Assembly (NCBI GenBank): GCA_963840645.1
Contig: CAWIZL010000002.1
Coordinates: 337,663-401,662, forward strand
Reading direction: 5' to 3'
Origin: Candidatus Doudnabacteria bacterium
GTDB lineage: Bacteria > Patescibacteriota > Doudnabacteria > UBA920 > VMFF01
Length of the DNA: 64,000 nt
Position numbers and translations under genes: made by a program. The notes under the pieces are model-generated. The model did not search any database, was not told the origin of the DNA, and worked only from the letters and a program-made list of their open reading frames with translations. Numbering within the stretch: position 1 is the stretch's first letter; every line of letters begins with the position of its first letter. This document shows positions 28,322-39,173 of this stretch, one piece after another.

Positions 28322-28555
28322 GTGGTTTTCAGTTAAAAATAAAAATCCCAAGCCTGTGTGCTAGCCGCGCGCAATTGCGCAGTTGCAGTAGAGCTTTGGG
28401 GTTCTGTAGCTTTCGCCACGTGTGAACGGTTCCACCCAAACAAACTTTAGGTTGTGCCAGGCTCGCCGCTTGGTGGGCAGGTCAGCGCCTGAGGACTGAG
28501 AAAAGTATAGCAGGGGATACTCAGGCGCGCAAGTTAACCTTACGAAGCCATCAGA
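28322..28555 (-). promoter_or_regulatory. T-box-like leader of thrS
   Basis: The minus strand carries TTTGGGTGGAACCGTTC (28424-28440), close to the T-box consensus GGGTGGtACCGcG. A terminator follows, CCCCAAAGC...GCTTGGG-ATTTTTATTTTT (28335-28402). Its 5' arm (CCCAAA) can alternatively pair with the TTTGGG of the T-box. Confidence 0.55.
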
Positions 28556-28957
28556 TTACCAGGTGCCAATGTAGTCCTCATTACCCGTAAGGTATGCAGC
28601 AAAATTGCTGACCTGGTTAGCCAGCCCCTTTGATATGTCCGTTCTATGTTTGCCCAACATCATTACCGTTAATTGGTCATGGTACTGCCGTCTTAAAGGA
28701 TCACTGCTGCTTGAGCGAACGGGTCTTATAGGATTAACATAATTTTCGCCATCTACCCTTGGATTCGATCGCGCACGTTGATGGTTTTTAATTTGCTCAA
28801 TGTATTTTTCAGCAGTATCAATTAAGCGTTGGTACGGCGCGCTCCCTTTGCGAGGAAGTTTAATGTAAGTTAGACCAGATCGTACCAAAGCATCTTCTGT
28901 ATCGTAGGTATCATCCTCTAGTAGTTCTTCTTGAGGAGCGTATCCCATTTCTCTCAT
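28556..28957 (-). CDS. Hypothetical protein
   Basis: 133-aa ORF starting 17 nt downstream of dnaE, lower in GC than its neighbours. No motifs. Confidence 0.4.
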   Translation of the reverse strand: MREMGYAPQEELLEDDTYDTEDALVRSGLTYIKLPRKGSAPYQRLIDTAEKYIEQIKNHQRARSNPRVDGENYVNPIRPVRSSSSDPLRRQYHDQLTVMMLGKHRTDISKGLANQVSNFAAYLTGNEDYIGTW

Positions 28958-28974
28958 GGTAGATAGTTTTAATG

Positions 28975-31900
28975 TTAGGTAATTACACCTTGTTTCTCAA
29001 CAACCCGCACGCGCTGCACGTCCCTCACTGACTTCAATTCTACCACGAGGTCGTCGTTGAAGGCGACCTGCGACTTAGCCTTGATGAACTTTGCACCCTC
29101 GCCGCTGCCAATTTCGAGCGAGACATCTGTGGTGCCTGGGTAGCGCTCGACAATTGCCTTGAGCTTCTGCAGCGCATCTTGGCTCACCTGCGTCGGCAGC
29201 GTGATGACGAGCTGCGACCTCTCGGCAATCTCAGCAACCTTGTCATCGTAAATTAAATCGTTCGGCAGCTCAGAAATTTCCTCTACCAAGAGCTTGAACT
29301 CGCCGTCTTTGTCTGACAGCCGCCCCTTCAGTTGCACAATGCGCTCGAGCTCTATTAGCTGCCTCACGCGGTCTAAAGTTTTTGGGAACACAATTGCCTC
29401 AATGCTGCCCGTTTTGTCTTCGAGCTGGATGAACATCATTGGCTCGCCCTTCTTGGTCATCGAGCGTTTCACTTTTGAAATGATGCCGCCAACTTCCACG
29501 GTCGCCTCAGCGCTCGCCATCTCCTCGCGCAAATTGCCAATCGGCATGATGCGCGACAGCACGCGCGCGTAGTTGTCGAGCGGGTGCGCTGAGACGTACA
29601 TGCCGAGCAGCTCTTTTTCCCACGTGAGCTTCTCATCCATTGTGGCAGCTGGCGCAGGCTTCAGAGACAGGTCGCTGTCGCCAGCCTTTGCCGCACCGAA
29701 CAAACTTTCTTGTCCAGCCTCACTGGATTTCGCGTGGTCGCGGCTGAACGCCAAGATGCTCTCTGAGTTTTCCAAGAGCTGGCCGCGCTCGCCAAAGCTG
29801 TCCATTGCGCCGCACTTCACGAGCGCATCCCACGAGCGGCGGTTGAACGTGCGACCGCCGAGGCGCACCGCAAAGTCGCGCAGGTTTTTGAACTTGCCAG
29901 CTGAAGCGCGCTCTTCTTTGATGCGCGCCGTCACGTCAGACCCCAAGTTTTTTATTGCGTGCAGGCCAAACCGAATGCTGTGCTCATCAATGACCGTGAA
30001 GTCGTTGAGAGATTCGTTCACGTCAGGCGGCAGCACGCTGATGCCCATCGCGTGGCACTCCTCAACAGCTGCGTACGCCTTGGCCGCATCGCCAGCCTCA
30101 GCTGTCATGACAGCTGCCATGAACTCAACCGTGTAGTTCGCCTTCATGTACGCTGTCTGGTACGAGACCTGCGCGTACGAGGCTGCGTGTGACTTGTTGA
30201 AGCCGTACGCCGCGAACGGCTCAATCCACGCCCAAATTTCTGCGGCTCGGGTTGAAGATAGGCCAGAAGTTTTTCCGCAGCCCTCGATGAACTTCACCTT
30301 CTGCTTCACCATTTCTTCCACGATTTTTTTGCCAACAGCTTTGCGGAACTTGTCCACTTCTTCCCACGTGTAGCCAGCTATGTCGTGCGCAATTGCCAAG
30401 AGGTCATCTTGGTACACGAGCACGCCGTGCGTGCGTTCGAGGATGTGCTGCATTGATGGGTCGAGGTAGCGCACGAGGTTGTTGTTGTGCGAGCGCAAAA
30501 TGTAGTCTGGAATGTTCTGCATTGGGCCTGGACGGTAGAGCGCCACCATTGCCTGCAGGTCAAAGATTGTTTTTGGCCTCAGCTCTTTGATGTAGCGGGT
30601 CATGCCCGAAGACGCCCATCTGGAACACGCCGAACGTGTGGCCAGCGCCGAGCATTGCGTACGTTTTTTCGTCAGGCTCTGGCAGGTGGTAAATGTCTAT
30701 GTCAACGCCGCGCCGCGCGCGAACAATTTTCAGCGCGCCTTCTAGAATGGCCAGGTTGCGGATGCCGAGCATGTCCATTTTCACCACGCCAATTGCCTTG
30801 CCGTTCGCGTTCGAGTCGAGGGCGTACATGTCGTACTGCGTGATGATCTTGTCGCCATCAGGCTCGTGCTGGAGCGGCGTGTAGCCTGTGAGGTCTGTTG
30901 GCGTAATCACCACGCCAGCTGCGTGCACGGACGCGTGGCGCGCGCCACCCTCGATGCGCTTCGCAATGTCTATCACGCGGTGCGTCTCTGCGTCGCGTTC
31001 GTAGGCTTCGCGCAGCTCTGGCGTAATTGAGATGGCGTGCTCAATGGTCATGTCAAAGCCCTGCTTGCCGAGGGGCACCATCTTTGCGATGCGGTCGCAC
31101 TTGCTGTACGCAACGCCCAGCGCGCGGCCAACGTCGCGGATTGCCGCGCGCGCCTTCATGGTCCCGAACGTTATAATCTGCGCCACTTTGTCGCGCCCGT
31201 ACTTCTGCGTGATGTACGCGATGACGTCGTCGCGCCGGTTGTCTGCAATGTCTAAGTCAATGTCGGGAGGCGTTGGGCGGTGCATGGTTAAGAAGCGCTC
31301 GAACGGCAGCTGGAACAGCACAGGGTCAACGTACGTGATGCCCGTGACGTACGCCACCATTGAGCCAGCAGCAGAGCCCCTCGTGTTCGTGACCACCCCC
31401 ATTGCGTGCGATGCGTTCACAATGTCCGCAACCACCAGGAAGTACGTTGCAAAGCCTTTGTTGGTGATGATGTCCAGTTCGTAGTTGAGGCGGTCTACGA
31501 TTGCCTGCGGCAGCTCGCCACCTTGCGCAGCGTAGAATTTTTTTGCGCGGTCGAACGTGATTTCACGCAGGTAGTCTTCAGGCGTCTCGCTGTTCGGCGT
31601 TTCGTAGACAGGGAAGTAGCGCTGGTTGATTGGAATTTCGAGCGCGCACATTTCTGCAATGTCGTTCGTTGCCGTCACTGCGTCGGGGTAGTCTGCAAAG
31701 ATCTCGCACATCTTTTCCGCACCGCGCAGCGATAGGTCGTAGCCTGTCATGTTGAGGCGGTCCGTGTCTTCTGTTGTGCGGCCAGTGCCAATGCACACGA
31801 GCACGTCCTGCGCCTCTGCATCGTCGCGCGTCAGGTAGTGCGCGTCAGCTGTTGCCACCAGTCGCACGTTATTTTTACGGCCAAGCTCTGCATACTCTGC

Positions 31901-32488
31901 AATTACTTTCTCGTTTGACGGGTCACGTTTGCCATCGAGCTCGTTGCGCTGAATTTCTAGAAAGAATCGATCCGTGCCAAAAATTTTTAGGTACTCGTCG
32001 AGGGCTGCCTGTCCGCCCTCAACGCCGCCATCTCGCACTGCGCGGTACACTTCGCCGCGCTGGCACCCTGAGAGTGCGATTAGTCCCGCAGAGTGCTTTG
32101 CCAGCAGCTGCTTGTCCATGCGCGGCTTGTAGTAGAAGCCGTCGAGCTCTGCTGCAGTGACCAGCGCCATTAAGTTTAAGTACCCTTCGTAGTTTTGGCA
32201 CAGCAAAATTAAGTGGAAGTAGTTGCTGTCAGCTTTGCCTTCCTTGTCCAACATTGAGCGCGGCGCAACGTACGCCTCAACGCCAATGATTGGCTTAATG
32301 CCAGCTGCACGGCACTCGTTGTAGAATTCAATGGCACCGTACATCACGCCGTGGTCTGTGAGGGCGAGCGCCTCAAACCCAGCGTTTTTTGCATGGGCAA
32401 CGAGGTCTGGAATTTGTGGCAAGCCATCCAGCAGGGAGTAGTGGCTGTGGACGTGCAGGTGTGTGAACTTCATTAAACCATTATACAT
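28975..32488 (-). CDS. dnaE: DNA polymerase III alpha subunit (apparent 1-nt frameshift at the CCC run 30615-30617)
   Basis: Track ORFs 30560-32488 (PHP domain HLHVHSHYSLLDG, polymerase core) and 28975-30603 join as GHTFGVFQM/ASSGMTRYIKELRPKTIFDL. Confidence 0.9.
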
Positions 32489-32508
32489 TTTTAATGTTTA
32501 ATCAGGTA

Positions 32509-32537
32509 TTGACATAACAGATTAAATATAGTATAGT
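32509..32537 (+). promoter_or_regulatory. Sigma-70-like promoter
   Basis: TTGACA, 17 nt spacer, TATAGT, upstream of the gene starting at 32693. Confidence 0.55.
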
Positions 32538-32692
32538 GTATTTATTAAGGTTTAATCTTTAAATTTGAGTGTACTGGTGAGCAAGCAGCTGTTTGCTCTT
32601 TGTCTACTCAAGTTCAGTCCAACACTTTCAGTGTCGGGCAAACATCTACGCACCTTTACATAGAGCTACATGCTCACCCAAGGAGATTAAAC

Positions 32693-33583
32693 GTGAAGAC
32701 ACTAATTTTCGTATTTGCCGCGGTTGCAGGTTCACTGAACGCCCAGACGTTTGCCGAGAAAATGCTCGGTGACAAGAATCAACGCGAGATCGGCTACAAA
32801 GTGGACGGCGGCATTGCCCAGCACGGCACTGTCATCAAGTACAGCCAGAGTGGCAACATCGAGGTTGTGGAAATTGATCCGGGAACGCGTACAATTTTCG
32901 TTGCCGATCCAAAAGACGGCCACGTGCTCTACTACTTCCCGAAGTTCGAGAACTGCAACAGCGGCGAGCGGGTTGTTCGTTACGCTCTGCACAACAGCAG
33001 CGTTGCTGGAATGAAGGAAACGCTCGGCTCCATTTCCTGGCAGTGTGCTGTGCGCCAGAAGATGGTGACCAAGCCAGTGGGCTCGAATACGAAAAGGGGA
33101 ACGATGATCCAACACCTTTTTGAAAACGTTGCTCTGCGGTACATGCTGCCTGCCAAGGCTGCAAGTGCACGCAAGGTCGCGCCAGCTACGGACAGATCGC
33201 AGGGTAACTTTGGCTGGAGGTTCACCGTTGCCGATTGGGTCATCCTCATCATCGCCATCGCCGTATTCTGTGTTGGTGTGGTGCGATCTGATACCAGGGT
33301 CGCTGCTGGCCTCGCCTTTGCCTGTTTGGTTTACGCTCTTGTGATGGGGTCGGCAGTTTTCTTCGCCTCGCAGATTGCGTACTTCCCAAGCCCTCTTGGA
33401 GGAGCAGGCATCGTTCAATCAAGGCACCTGCCGTGGCATACGGAGCTGTGGTTAATCCTCGACCTGCTTCTTAATTGCGCTGTAGGTTTGGTTCCACTCG
33501 TAGCCCTTGGTTTCGGAAGGCTTCTTCGGAACAAGGGAAGCCGGGTCACCATTCTACGGCGTCCTCACGTAATGAATGTGTGA
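32693..33583 (+). CDS. Hypothetical exported/membrane protein
   Basis: GTG start 7 nt after AAGGAG. Signal peptide KTLIFVFAAVAGSLNA, then a ~170-aa soluble domain and about 4 C-terminal TM helices. Confidence 0.5.
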   Translation: MKTLIFVFAAVAGSLNAQTFAEKMLGDKNQREIGYKVDGGIAQHGTVIKYSQSGNIEVVEIDPGTRTIFVADPKDGHVLYYFPKFENCNSGERVVRYALHNSSVAGMKETLGSISWQCAVRQKMVTKPVGSNTKRGTMIQHLFENVALRYMLPAKAASARKVAPATDRSQGNFGWRFTVADWVILIIAIAVFCVGVVRSDTRVAAGLAFACLVYALVMGSAVFFASQIAYFPSPLGGAGIVQSRHLPWHTELWLILDLLLNCAVGLVPLVALGFGRLLRNKGSRVTILRRPHVMNV

Positions 33584-33601
33584 CGCAAGTCACGCTCAAG
33601 T

Positions 33602-33640
33602 CCTAGGCCGCAGCACCCGCTGTTGCCTAGGCATTTTTTT
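33602..33640 (+). terminator. Rho-independent terminator
   Basis: CCTAGGC..GCCTAGG stem followed by CATTTTTTT. Confidence 0.6.
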
Positions 33641-33687
33641 ACAAAAAAAGTTTTCAAGTACGCCTTTTCGTGCTACTCTTTCAACGT

Positions 33688-34513
33688 ATGGACGACATCC
33701 AGCGAGAAAAACTAGAAATCCAGATTGAAGAACGTGAGAACGCGTTCGTGGCGTACCTGCGTGTGTACCAGAAGTGGCTGCTCTACCCGCTTATTATTTT
33801 TGCAATCCTCATTATCCCAGGCTACTTTGCAGCTCGGTTGCATTGCGTACTCAACCTACCTCTCAAAGTTCCACCAAACAGAGCCAATCGCACACGTAGC
33901 AGCGTCAGAGGTCAGCGCACTGCCAATCAAGCTCATCAAAGTTGAGGCACTGCCCATTTTGGGCAACAGCTACTCTGCGTTCGCCCTGGTGAAGAACCTC
34001 AACACCACGCTCGTGTCGCCGAGCTTCAGCTACACGTTCACGTTCAAGTCAGCCAGCGGCGCCACGCTCGGCACCGTGACGGGTACAGGCTACATTACCG
34101 TGAGCGAGCAGAAGTACATCATCGTCCCAAACTTCCAGTCTGCCACGCCGCCTGCGAGCGTGACCTTCACCGTGGACGATCCGCACGTCACGTGGCAGCA
34201 GCGGCTGTCCCTTCCGCCCATCAGCGTTGCTGCAGACGTGCCGCAGTACTCTGACGGTGACAACCCTCCGCAGTTCAACATAACGGGCAACATCACCAAC
34301 AGCAGCCAGTTCACCCTCAACGAGGTGAAGGTTGACGGCATCGTGTTCGACAAGAGCGGCAACGAAATTGCCGTGACCCAGACAACCATGGATACGCTCA
34401 GCCCAGAGTCAAAGCGCGCGTACCAAATGTCGTGGCCAGTGCCGCTCGCGGCTTCAGTCGGGCGCGTGCTCATTTACCCAGAGTTCAACCTGCTGGATCC
34501 GAACAACTACTAG
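33688..34513 (+). CDS. Hypothetical membrane-anchored protein with two beta-rich repeats (apparent frameshift about 33820-33845)
   Basis: Track ORFs 33670-33945 and 33725-34513. An N-terminal TM (LLYPLIIFAILIIPGYF) is followed by two similar ~90-aa segments. The stop abuts the ftsW/rodA start. Confidence 0.45.
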
Positions 34514-35614
34514 ATGCGCAGCTGGATTGAAAAGCTCAGGCACATTGATGCAACCCTGGCTGTTGTCACGCTGCTCCTGCTGCTCGTCGGCCTCACGGTC
34601 ATCTACAGCACGAGCCTGAACGGCGACACCAGCCTGTTCGCGAAGCAGGCAGCGTACGCAGCTGTCGGCGTCGTGCTGTTCGTTGGCTTTGCCACGTTTG
34701 ACCTGCACGTGGTCACGCGCGCATCGCGCTACGTGTACGTACTGCTCCTCGTGCTGCTCGTGGCAATTCTCAGGTTCGGCACTGACGTGCAGGGGAGCCG
34801 CAGGTGGTTCAACATTGGCGTCCTCAACTTCCAGCCAGCAGAGCTCATGAAAATTGTCGCAGTCCTCGTGCTGGCGCGCTTCTTTGCCCTGCGCCGCGGT
34901 GAAATTAACTCGTGGAAGAACATTCTCATTTCCCTCGCGTACGTCGTGGTGCCAGTGCTGCTCATCGCGAAAGAGCCAGACCTAGGCTCGGCAATTATTT
35001 TGCTGTGCACCTGGGCTGGCGTGCTGCTGCTGAGCAACGTGAACAAGCGCGTGTTCGTGTACCTGTTCCTGGCTTTCACGGTGCTGTCGTTCGGCGTGTG
35101 GAACTTTGCGCTGCACAGCTACCAGCGCAGCCGCGTTGAGACGTTCATCAACCCGAGCCTGGATCCTCAAGGCCGCGGCTACAACGTGCAGCAGGCAATT
35201 ATTTCAGTTGGGTCTGGGTCGTGGCTGGGCCGCGGGTTAGGCCGCGGTCTGCAGAGCCAGCTGGAGTTTCTGCCAGAACGGCAGACAGACTTCATCTTTG
35301 CAGCTGCAGCAGAAGAGCTGGGTTTCTTGGGCAGCGCGCTCATCATGCTGCTGTACTTCGTAATGCTGTACAGGCTGCTCGTCATTTACAGCAACAGCCG
35401 CGACGACACTGCGCGCTTCACCGTTGCCGGCGTGTTCTTCATAATTTTTTCTCAGGCAGTCATCAACATTGGCATGAACATGGGCGTGCTGCCAGTCACG
35501 GGCATTCCGCTGCCGCTGGTCAGCTACGGTGGCAGCTCGCTGCTCACCACCATGCTCGCGCTGGGCATTGCAGAGTCTGTGGCAGTGCAGTCTAAGGGCT
35601 TGCGGCTTGGGTAA
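34514..35614 (+). CDS. FtsW/RodA/SpoVE family peptidoglycan glycosyltransferase
   Basis: 366 aa, about 10 TM. Contains RRWFNIGVLNFQPAELMK, PDLGSAI, ERQTDFIFAAAAEELG and PLPLVSYGGSS. Confidence 0.85.
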   Translation: MRSWIEKLRHIDATLAVVTLLLLLVGLTVIYSTSLNGDTSLFAKQAAYAAVGVVLFVGFATFDLHVVTRASRYVYVLLLVLLVAILRFGTDVQGSRRWFNIGVLNFQPAELMKIVAVLVLARFFALRRGEINSWKNILISLAYVVVPVLLIAKEPDLGSAIILLCTWAGVLLLSNVNKRVFVYLFLAFTVLSFGVWNFALHSYQRSRVETFINPSLDPQGRGYNVQQAIISVGSGSWLGRGLGRGLQSQLEFLPERQTDFIFAAAAEELGFLGSALIMLLYFVMLYRLLVIYSNSRDDTARFTVAGVFFIIFSQAVINIGMNMGVLPVTGIPLPLVSYGGSSLLTTMLALGIAESVAVQSKGLRLG

Positions 35615-35793
35615 AGTTTGGAGCTTGCATAAAAAAGCAGCGCAGGACATCGTGTCCTGCGCTGTGAGTTTTGAGGCCAAACAAACTACATCCTCGATAA
35701 CCTTGCTGTGGTACCTTCTCGTATACATTCAAACCTCCTTGCCAGCATTGTGCCAGATTTTGACAAACCCCGCCAGCCTGCTAGAATCAAGCC

Positions 35794-36165
35794 ATGAAAA
35801 AGGTAGATTTTGAAAAAGTGCTGGAGTGGCTGTCGTCTGTGCTCAAGTGCCCGGTGTGCTCGTTCAAGTACAACCTCGAGCGCACCAAGATCATAGACAC
35901 GCGCCGCGACGACGAGACAGGCGAAGCGCACCTGCTGGTGCACTCTGACTGCTCGCAGTGCAAGAGCTCTGTCATGTTCAGCATCTCTATTACTGGGCCT
36001 GACATTTTCACCATGAGCGTTGTCACAGACCTCACGCGCAATGATACAAAAAAGTTTCAGGACGCAGAACCCCTCACGGCTGACGACATCCTCGGCATGC
36101 ACAACTTTGTGAAGAAGTTCAACGGCGATTTCGTGGCAGCGTTCCAGGGTGCCGGCGGTCGGTAG
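35794..36165 (+). CDS. Hypothetical protein with CxxC...CxxC motif
   Basis: 123 aa. CPVCSF and CSQCKS pairs. Confidence 0.4.
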   Translation: MKKVDFEKVLEWLSSVLKCPVCSFKYNLERTKIIDTRRDDETGEAHLLVHSDCSQCKSSVMFSISITGPDIFTMSVVTDLTRNDTKKFQDAEPLTADDILGMHNFVKKFNGDFVAAFQGAGGR

Positions 36166-36179
36166 CTCTTGACTAGGGC

Positions 36180-36208
36180 TTGACGGAAAAATTTTGCTCA
36201 TGTAGGAT
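36180..36208 (+). promoter_or_regulatory. Sigma-70-like promoter of a small ORF-poor unit
   Basis: TTGACG, 17 nt spacer, TAGGAT. Confidence 0.4.
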
Positions 36209-36410
36209 ATCAACACCGAAAGCGTGAAGGAGGATTACGTTGGGGCTATCCAGAGCTCCGGCGTTGCAGGTTCTCTGATCATGGATTCTGTTGTTGGTGT
36301 GGTGACATGCACTGACCCAGAATATATTTCGGAGAGGGTAATGGTCTTTGGCCAAGCGTAGCCTGTTTGATACCAGGCAAACGCACCTACTGGCTAACAG
36401 CGCCAAAATA

Positions 36411-36450
36411 TCCGAGCACGCACTACGCTGTGCTCGGATCCTTCATTTTT
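36411..36450 (+). terminator. Hairpin plus T-run upstream of rplY
   Basis: TCCGAGCAC..GTGCTCGGA 9-bp stem followed by TCCTTCATTTTT. Confidence 0.45.
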
Positions 36451-36544
36451 AAACACTTTTTCTACCTCAGCCAACCCTTGCGCTTTTATTACGTTTCTGT
36501 TAAAATTTCGAGGTACTTAACAGTTTCACCCTGAAACCACACAC

Positions 36545-37213
36545 ATGGAAAAGATTGATTTAACAGCAGCACCACGCCAGACTGGCACAGCCCAGAAGGT
36601 TCGCGCAGCAGGCATGATCCCAGCTGTCATCTACGGCAATGGCGCAAAGACAGAGCACCTGGAAGTTCCGGTTCCTGAGTTTGAGCGCGTGTTCCGCAAA
36701 GCTGGCGAGTCCACGCTGGTCACGCTCAACATCACAGGCGAGCCGAGCCGCACGGTCATCATCCACGACATCCAGCGCCACTACCTCACCAACAAGTTCC
36801 AGCACATCGATTTCTTTGAGGTGAAGATGAACGAGAAGATGACGGCTAAGGTGCCGCTCGTGTTCAGCGGTACATCACTTGCGGTTAAGGCAAACGGAGG
36901 CTCGCTCGTGACAGTCATTGACGAGGTTGAGGTCGAGTGTCTGCCAGCAGACCTGCCACACGAGATTCAGGTCGACATCAGCGTGCTCAACGACTTTTCA
37001 GACTCTATCTTGGTCAAAGACCTGAAGGTTCCAGCAAACGTCTCTGTCACGAATGATCTTGAAGAAACTGTTGCCAAGGTCAATGCTCCTCGTGAGGTTG
37101 AAGCAGAGCTCTCAACTCCTGTCGTTGAAGACGTGAGCGCAGTCGGGGTTGTTGAGAAGAAAGAAAAGGCTGACGAAGGCGAAGCGGCAGAGCCAGCAAA
37201 AGAGAAGAAGTAG
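36545..37213 (+). CDS. rplY: 50S ribosomal protein L25/general stress protein Ctc
   Basis: 222 aa. IPAVIYG...ESTLVTLNI..IHDIQRH pattern and an acidic C-terminal tail. Confidence 0.9.
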   Translation: MEKIDLTAAPRQTGTAQKVRAAGMIPAVIYGNGAKTEHLEVPVPEFERVFRKAGESTLVTLNITGEPSRTVIIHDIQRHYLTNKFQHIDFFEVKMNEKMTAKVPLVFSGTSLAVKANGGSLVTVIDEVEVECLPADLPHEIQVDISVLNDFSDSILVKDLKVPANVSVTNDLEETVAKVNAPREVEAELSTPVVEDVSAVGVVEKKEKADEGEAAEPAKEKK

Positions 37214-37226
37214 CAATTTAAAAATG

Positions 37227-37253
37227 CCGCCCGGCAAGGGGCGGTATTTTTTT
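37227..37253. terminator. Rho-independent terminator between convergent rplY and prmC
   Basis: CCGCCC-ggcaag-GGGCGG followed by TATTTTTTT. Confidence 0.6.
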
Positions 37254-38062
37254 ATGTAATCTTTATTTCGAGAATTCTATCAAACTTGTTTGCGTCTCTG
37301 TGCACGCTCACCTTGCAGGCTGCTATTCTGTTTGCTGCCTCTGCTTTGAGCGCGTCAGCCTGAACGTGCCCGATTTCTAAAAGAACTACAGAGTTTTGTA
37401 AGTTCATTTTGCCAATTTGTGCTATGAGTTTTTTGATGAGCTCTGTGCCGTCTTTGCCGCCACCGAGTAGTGCGATCTTTGGCTCATGGGCAATACTTTT
37501 TTCAGACAGTTCTGCCCGCGTGAGGTAGGGAAGGTTTGCCGTGATGAGCACATCTTTTTTTAATGTCTTTGTGCTACCGAGCAAATCGCTCTTTTTGAAT
37601 TGAATTTTAACGTTGTTTGCACGGGCGTTTGGCCGCGCAACTTTCAGAGCCTCAGCTGAAGTATCTAGCGCCGTGCACTTCAGCTTTGCGCCGAACTCCT
37701 TTTTTTACCGCAACCACAATTGCGCCACTGCCTGTGCCAACGTCAACCATTGTTGCCAGCTTCTGTGCTCGCACTGCAGCGATGGCCAAATCAACCAGCT
37801 GCTCAGTCTCAGGGCGGGGGATGAGCACGTGCTCGTTCACTTTAAACTTTAAATCGCAGAACCACTTGTACCCTAAAACGTACGCTAGTGGGAAGCCGTG
37901 CTTGAGCTGTGCCTTTGCGTGTATAAACTTTTGTAGCTGGCTCAAAGTAAGTTGAACATCAACGCGCGCCAGCAGCTTTGCCTTTGTAATTTTTAAAACA
38001 TCGCAGAGCACGTCTTCTTCGGCACCAGACAGCGTGCTGGTTTTGACGACAGCCTTTGCCAT
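37252..38062 (-). CDS. prmC: Release factor glutamine methyltransferase (apparent frameshift in the T7 run 37700-37706)
   Basis: Track ORFs 37652-38062 and 37252-37584. After DVGTGSGAIVVAVKK the adjacent frame reads EFGAKLKCTALDTSAEALKVARPNARANNV...ITANLPY (NPPY-type motif). Confidence 0.8.
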
Positions 38063-39114
38063 GCTACGCGTGGGCCTGCTTTTTTGAGCGCCAAGTCAGC
38101 CTTCTGCAGCGCACTGACAATAGGCTCGAGGTTGCCTTCCAATACGTTGTTTACCTGGTGGAAGTTTTCGTTGATTCTGTGGTCTGTAATGCGATCCTGT
38201 GGAAAGTTGTACGTGCGGATTTTTTCAGAGCGGTCGCCAGTCCCAATCTGTGCTTTGCGCATGCCCTTGTACTCTGCCTCGCGCTTCTCCTGGTAGTACG
38301 CGCCAACGCGGCTGCGGATAACCGCCATCGCCTTCTCGCGGTTCTGCGCCTGCGAGCGCTCGTCCTGCGACTGCGCGGTAATGCCAGTTGGCAAGTGCAC
38401 AATCTTGATGGCAGAGTACGTTGTGTTCACGCTCTGGCCGCCGTGGCCTGACGACGTGTTCGCGGTCATCTCGAGGTCTTTCATCGGAATATCTAAATCT
38501 ACTGCCTCAAACTCTGGCAGCACCGCAACGGTCACGGTAGACGTGTGCACGCGCCCAGCCTTTTCGGTATCTGGAATGCGCTGCACGCGGTGCACGCCAG
38601 ACTCAAACTTCATCTTGCTGTACACTTTCTTGCCGGTAATTTCGAACGTCACTTCCTTGAAGCCACCGAGGTCGCTCTTGCTGCTCGATATGATGTTCGT
38701 GTGCCATTTTTGTGAGTCGCCGTAGTGCGAGTACATCCTGTAGAGCTCTGCTGCGAACAGGGCAGACTCATCGCCACCTGCGCCAGCGCGAATTTCAACA
38801 ATGATGTTCTTCTCGTCCATTGGGTCTTGCGGCACGAGCAGCTCGTCTATTTTTGCCTCGAGGTCTGCGATGTGGCTCTGGTTGAGCCTCACCTCTTCTG
38901 CTGCAATGCCTGCGAGCTCGTCGTTGCCAGTTGCCATTTCCTTGTTCGATGCAAGTTCCTTTTCTAGCTTTTCAAGCTCTTGCACAAGCCCAAAAACAGG
39001 CAGCAGGTCTGACTGCCTCTTGCCGAGCTTTGCAATCTCAGCAGGCTGCGCTGAAGCCAGCTGGTCTGACAGCGCATGGTACTCTTTGAGGATTTTTCTG
39101 TAGCCGTCTTTCAT
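37993..39114 (-). CDS. prfA: Peptide chain release factor 1
   Basis: 373 aa. PTNTSSGHGGQSVNTT (GGQ) and RF-1 domain blocks. The last ~30 aa overlap prmC. They may be an artefact of a 1-nt indel in the T6 run 38080-38085, since the alternative frame stops just before the prmC ATG. Confidence 0.92.
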   Translation of the reverse strand: MKDGYRKILKEYHALSDQLASAQPAEIAKLGKRQSDLLPVFGLVQELEKLEKELASNKEMATGNDELAGIAAEEVRLNQSHIADLEAKIDELLVPQDPMDEKNIIVEIRAGAGGDESALFAAELYRMYSHYGDSQKWHTNIISSSKSDLGGFKEVTFEITGKKVYSKMKFESGVHRVQRIPDTEKAGRVHTSTVTVAVLPEFEAVDLDIPMKDLEMTANTSSGHGGQSVNTTYSAIKIVHLPTGITAQSQDERSQAQNREKAMAVIRSRVGAYYQEKREAEYKGMRKAQIGTGDRSEKIRTYNFPQDRITDHRINENFHQVNNVLEGNLEPIVSALQKADLALKKAGPRVAWQRLSSKPARCLVPKKTCSAMF

Positions 39115-39130
39115 GGAATTAGTATAACAA

Positions 39131-39162
39131 AATCCGCCTTCGCTATACAGCTCCGGCGGATT
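39131..39162 (-). terminator. Hairpin between rpmE and prfA
   Basis: AATCCGCC..GGCGGATT stem with T-rich sequence on both sides. Confidence 0.45.
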
Positions 39163-39173
39163 CTTTTTGGTGG

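Noticed and set aside
36173-36406. 77-aa minus-strand ORF in the region upstream of rplY.
   Set aside because: It has no RBS and an odd composition, and it is overlapped by a +-strand promoter-to-terminator unit.
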